Positions 60,093-64,000 of a DNA stretch of 64,000 nt are shown here, piece by piece. The notes beneath the pieces were generated by a model that was not told the DNA's origin, did not search any database, and saw nothing but the letters and a program-made list of their open reading frames with translations. The position numbers and the translations under genes are program-made. The first letter of the stretch is position 1, and each line of letters starts with the position of its first letter. This stretch comes from Candidatus Pyrohabitans jungbluthii (GTDB lineage: Archaea; Hydrothermarchaeota; Hydrothermarchaeia; Hydrothermarchaeales; BMS3B), in contig MTMD02000002.1 of assembly GCA_002010065.2 (NCBI GenBank), positions 192,001-256,000 of the forward strand, given 5' to 3'.

Positions 60093-60953
60093 TTATCTCC
60101 CAACCTCCCTCCTCAACTCCCCAAGTGTGGTCAGCCTCTCGGCAACAGCGTTGTGCTGGTGGATGCTCTCAAGGCTCTCACTCTTCGCGTACACCACGGT
60201 CTCGTCGGGCAGCGAGGGGAACCTCTCAAGAGTGTTGACCAGGATTTTGCGTACTGTATCTTCGACGAAGTTGGGGTTGAGATGGGCGCGGTAGACCACC
60301 TCCACCTCGTCTTCACGCTTCAGCACCTCGTAAAGGCGCGAACTCATGGAGCTCTCGAGTATGTCAATGATATCATCCACCTCTATTCGCTCCCCCTCGA
60401 CAACGCTCAGCATTAGCGTTGAGATGTTGCGCTGATTGTGGCTCGCCACGGGTACAGAGTTGAATATCGTTTGTATCTCCTCCTCTGAGAATTTCCCCTT
60501 GAGCTTTTCTCGCGTCTTCTCAACCAAGCCTTCGTGGGCGCACGGGCAAGCGGTTATCCCGGTGACCTCTGCACCAATCATCGGCGTAATCTCCCCGCCC
60601 TCAAGGGTTGCCCTTGCAAGAATCTGGTACATCTCCTGCGTCTCCTGCTTTGTTATGGGGGTACGCCTGAACACTATGTACTCAGCACGCATGTGCAGCT
60701 CGGCACGCTCAAGCTCGGGCAGAGACTCGCTAATTTGCCTCAGTGCAAGCGCAGGAAGCTCCTCCGGCGAGGAAATACCCTTCGCCACAACCTCGTCTAT
60801 GGCAGAGGTTACAACCTCCTGCACTTCATGCACCTGTACCCGCGCAGGTGGGTAGAGGAAAACCTCTATCTTGGGCAGGAGCACAACCACATTGCCCTGC
60901 GTGTGAAGCTCCACCAGGCGCTCTATTCCCTGAAATCCGAGGAGATACTCCAT
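60093..60953 (-). CDS. GTP cyclohydrolase MptA/FolE2-family protein with divergent N-terminus
   Basis: G.TACPC, HNQR, LKR.DE, P.FVED and ESIHQH motifs present; N-terminal DVQ and G.HMSR motifs not recognisable. Confidence 0.8.
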   Translation of the reverse strand: MEYLLGFQGIERLVELHTQGNVVVLLPKIEVFLYPPARVQVHEVQEVVTSAIDEVVAKGISSPEELPALALRQISESLPELERAELHMRAEYIVFRRTPITKQETQEMYQILARATLEGGEITPMIGAEVTGITACPCAHEGLVEKTREKLKGKFSEEEIQTIFNSVPVASHNQRNISTLMLSVVEGERIEVDDIIDILESSMSSRLYEVLKREDEVEVVYRAHLNPNFVEDTVRKILVNTLERFPSLPDETVVYAKSESLESIHQHNAVAERLTTLGELRREVGR

Positions 60954-60992
60954 AAAAATCGACGTAGCCTTGGCGGTTAACCTCTACAAAAA

Positions 60993-62087
60993 TTAACCAA
61001 GGCGCGTCGCCGGAATAACGCCTGCGCGCAGGGCGTGGTCGGCTAAGGTTAAAGCGAGCATCGCCTCGCAAACCGGCACCACGCGTGGCACTATGCACGG
61101 ATCGTGTCTGCCCTTGACGCTTATGGTGGTTTCCTTAAGCTCCTTTAAATCCACGGTGCGCTGCTCCTTTGCTATGCTTGAGGTGGGCTTCACAGCAACT
61201 CGAGCTACGATAGGCATGCCCGTGGAGATTCCGCCTAGCACGCCACCCGCGTTGTTGCTCCTGCTCTTTATCTTCCCCGCCTCCACGTAAAACTCATCGT
61301 TGTTTTCAGAGCCTCTAAGTCTAGCTGCAGCAAAGCCGGAGCCTATCTCGACGCCCTTCACGGCACCTATGCTCATTAGCGCCTTTGCTATGTCCGCATC
61401 CAGCTTGTCAAACACAGGTTCGCCCAGTCCAGGAGGCACATTCAAAGCTATAACCTCCACCACACCGCCAACGGAGTCGCCCTCACGCTTTGCCTCCAGT
61501 ATCTTCTCCTCCATCTCTTTGGCTTTGGCTAAGTCTGCGCACCTCACGCTGTTTCTCTCTGGATTTTTCCGAATGTCTTCAATGCTTACCTCTCCTGCTC
61601 GCACTCCAGCGATTTCCACTGTATGCGCGAGTATCTCAACACCTATGGTGGCGAGGAGCTTCTTGGCTATTGCTCCGGCTGCAACCCTTGCTAGGGTCTC
61701 CCGTCCTGAAGCCCTGCCCCCTCCGCGGTGGTCACGGTGCCCGTATTTCAGGAAATACGTCAGGTCAGCATGCCCTGGGCGGGGCTTGAACCTAAGTTCT
61801 TCATAGGCTGAGGAGTCGTACTCGCGGTTGTACACCACCATCGCTATTGGCATGCCGGTGGTTTTCCCCTCGTATACGCCAGAGAGAATCTCCACCCGGT
61901 CCTCCTCCCTTCTCTGTGTGGTAACGGCGCTCTGTCCCGGCTTTCGCCTATCAAGTTCGCGCTGTATGTCTGCTTCGCTAAGCTCAAGCATCGCGGGGCA
62001 GCCGTCCACTATAACACCCACCGCCCTGCCGTGGCTCTCGCCAAAGGTGGTCACCCTGAAAGCCTTGCCGAAGGTATTTCCAGGCAT
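60993..62087 (-). CDS. aroC: Chorismate synthase
   Basis: GESHG, RPGHAD, SGRET, NNAGG..GGIS, KPTSSI and RHDPC motifs. Start ATG 62087. Confidence 0.97.
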   Translation of the reverse strand: MPGNTFGKAFRVTTFGESHGRAVGVIVDGCPAMLELSEADIQRELDRRKPGQSAVTTQRREEDRVEILSGVYEGKTTGMPIAMVVYNREYDSSAYEELRFKPRPGHADLTYFLKYGHRDHRGGGRASGRETLARVAAGAIAKKLLATIGVEILAHTVEIAGVRAGEVSIEDIRKNPERNSVRCADLAKAKEMEEKILEAKREGDSVGGVVEVIALNVPPGLGEPVFDKLDADIAKALMSIGAVKGVEIGSGFAAARLRGSENNDEFYVEAGKIKSRSNNAGGVLGGISTGMPIVARVAVKPTSSIAKEQRTVDLKELKETTISVKGRHDPCIVPRVVPVCEAMLALTLADHALRAGVIPATRLG

Positions 62088-62124
62088 GTTAATCCTTCTC
62101 CTTCGCAGCCTTTTATATGTTTGC

Positions 62125-62239
62125 GCAACCACAGTTGGTTGCATCCACATAATGTGGTATCTTCGATACCACTTTGAAGCAAGGAAAATAGCGGTATCGA
62201 GAGATACCGCAATATGTCGACCCAACCGACTGCGGTTGG
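62125..62239. repeat. Inverted double-hairpin element between divergent promoters
   Basis: Arms 62126-62173 and 62190-62238 are imperfect reverse complements; each arm carries two perfect hairpins. Confidence 0.8.
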
Positions 62240-62280
62240 CGCTGCAAAAATTTATATCCCTGCAAGGCTATTTCTTTGCT

Positions 62281-62418
62281 ATGCCTACATGCGAAATATG
62301 CGGCGAGGAAGTGGAGGAGATTTACGTCTGCAAGATATGCGGCTACAATTTCTGCGCCAACTGCGGCGATCCTGCCAGCGAGGAATGTGAGTTCTGCGAG
62401 GAGGAGGATGAACTTTAG
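62281..62418 (+). CDS. Small Cys-rich zinc-finger protein (45 aa)
   Basis: MPTCEICG...CKICG..FCANCG...CEFC; TATA box TTTATAT at 62251. Confidence 0.75.
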   Translation: MPTCEICGEEVEEIYVCKICGYNFCANCGDPASEECEFCEEEDEL

Positions 62419-63560
62419 CTATTTTTAATCAGCCCTCTTACCACTTCCAAGAGCACCTCGTAGGGTGCGTCTGTTCTCACGCCAGTAGCTGAGATGTGTG
62501 TTCTTGTCGCACTGTAACCTCGTCGGTGAAGCTCTTCCAGGATTTTTTCCATCGTGGGCAATTCGTGCAGCGAAAGGCGCCTTGCTAAGCGGTGAAGGTC
62601 GTAGAAAAAGGGCACCTCAAGCTCATCTGCTATTGTTACAAGCACCTTCTGGGTTCGCCTGTCTTCCAGGTAGGCTGCCTCCTCCGCCGCCTTTCTTGCG
62701 AGGGAAGCATCCTTAAGTTCCCCCAGCCACATCGCACCAGCTATGGAATAGCTCTCGCCGCATACGCATTTTTTCTGCGAAGGCAAAGACGAAAGCTCAA
62801 CCTCGCGCCTGCCACAAGAGGTGCAGTAGTGGAGGTAGCCCAGCTTCGCCAGCGCCTCGTCGGCTCGCCTTCTACCGGAGCGAAGCGCTACGATGGCGCG
62901 AAAGTAGTGGTCTGTAGCGTGGGAGAGAAGCACTCGTGTGCCTCGGCGCAGCTTAGCTGCTTCGCGCGCTATGGCTGCGATGAGTATGCGCAGCCCCACC
63001 TCCTTGCATAGTTCACCTCTAATTGGAATGGAGAAGTACTTTCTGAAGCACGCCTTCGGGTAAACACCGCACAGTGGCGCTGTATCTGTGGCGGTAACCG
63101 CTAGGTAGCCCCGAGGAGGAAGCGCAAGGATGGCATTGTGTAGGAAGGGCACTGGCGTACCAAAGGGGTCGATGTCTATGAAGTTGAAGCTCCCGCGGTG
63201 AGAGACAAGAAAGAGGTTCGCCTCGCTTTGCGATACGCCAACGCTGAGCTGGTTTAGCTGTGCATTTTTCTTTATAAGCTCTACGGCGCTCTCGCTCCCG
63301 TCGTTGAGGTGCACCTCCGCCTTAGCTTCCTTAGCTATGCGCAGCCCCTTCGCACCGCTGGCAGCGAGAAGGTCCAGAAATTGAATGCTCTCCCCACCTG
63401 CGAGAAGCGCTCTAACTAAGGCGCAGGTTATATCGCGATTGAGCTTCATCCTGGGGTTGAAAAAAACTGGAGGGAGAGCCTTCTTTATCTCCTGGGGCGA
63501 GGCAAGGCTGCGCTCTGGTACGAGCAGCCTTGTGCTCCCCTCGACAATCTCGGCGAACAT
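62415..63560 (-). CDS. trm1: tRNA (guanine-26-N2)-dimethyltransferase
   Basis: VFFNPRM.LNRD, IDIDPFGTP, TATDTAPLCG and E.GLRIL motifs plus zinc knuckle. Confidence 0.95.
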   Translation of the reverse strand: MFAEIVEGSTRLLVPERSLASPQEIKKALPPVFFNPRMKLNRDITCALVRALLAGGESIQFLDLLAASGAKGLRIAKEAKAEVHLNDGSESAVELIKKNAQLNQLSVGVSQSEANLFLVSHRGSFNFIDIDPFGTPVPFLHNAILALPPRGYLAVTATDTAPLCGVYPKACFRKYFSIPIRGELCKEVGLRILIAAIAREAAKLRRGTRVLLSHATDHYFRAIVALRSGRRRADEALAKLGYLHYCTSCGRREVELSSLPSQKKCVCGESYSIAGAMWLGELKDASLARKAAEEAAYLEDRRTQKVLVTIADELEVPFFYDLHRLARRLSLHELPTMEKILEELHRRGYSATRTHISATGVRTDAPYEVLLEVVRGLIKNS

Positions 63561-63562
63561 GC

Positions 63563-64000
<438 letters not shown>

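Overview
Archaeal (euryarchaeal-type) chromosomal segment. Evidence: SepRS, ACDS alpha/epsilon, Dph2, NMD3, Trm1, an MptA-like protein, archaeal SRP RNA and TATA-box promoters. An anaerobic, CO-using, possibly Hydrothermarchaeota/Archaeoglobi-like host is my inference only. Order of content: an frhB-like/cdhA/cdhB operon; truD and a RecJ-like DHH gene; a vapBC pair flanked by direct repeats; amt-glnK with a divergent RHH regulator; pstSCAB-arsC-phoU; a MoaD/LbpA-like pair; a visibly AT-rich ~12 kb glycosylation island (two flippase-like proteins, GT2, several GT-C-like membrane proteins, a UbiA-type phosphoribosyltransferase, DUF362, a phosphoesterase) abutting a type IV pilus locus whose ATPase has two complete motor domains in one chain; pgk, two minD, sucCD, sepS, SRP RNA, tRNA-Ser(GCT), iorAB-trpB2, menaquinone genes, tyrS, aroC, trm1 and a partial ilvC. 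Most interesting: the tandem-motor pilus ATPase with its putative lipid-linked pentose glycosylation island, the putative F420-coupled CO dehydrogenase, and two kinds of intergenic hairpin repeats (a dispersed mosaic family and an inverted double-hairpin element with compensatory changes). All family calls come from motif recognition by eye; no searches were run.
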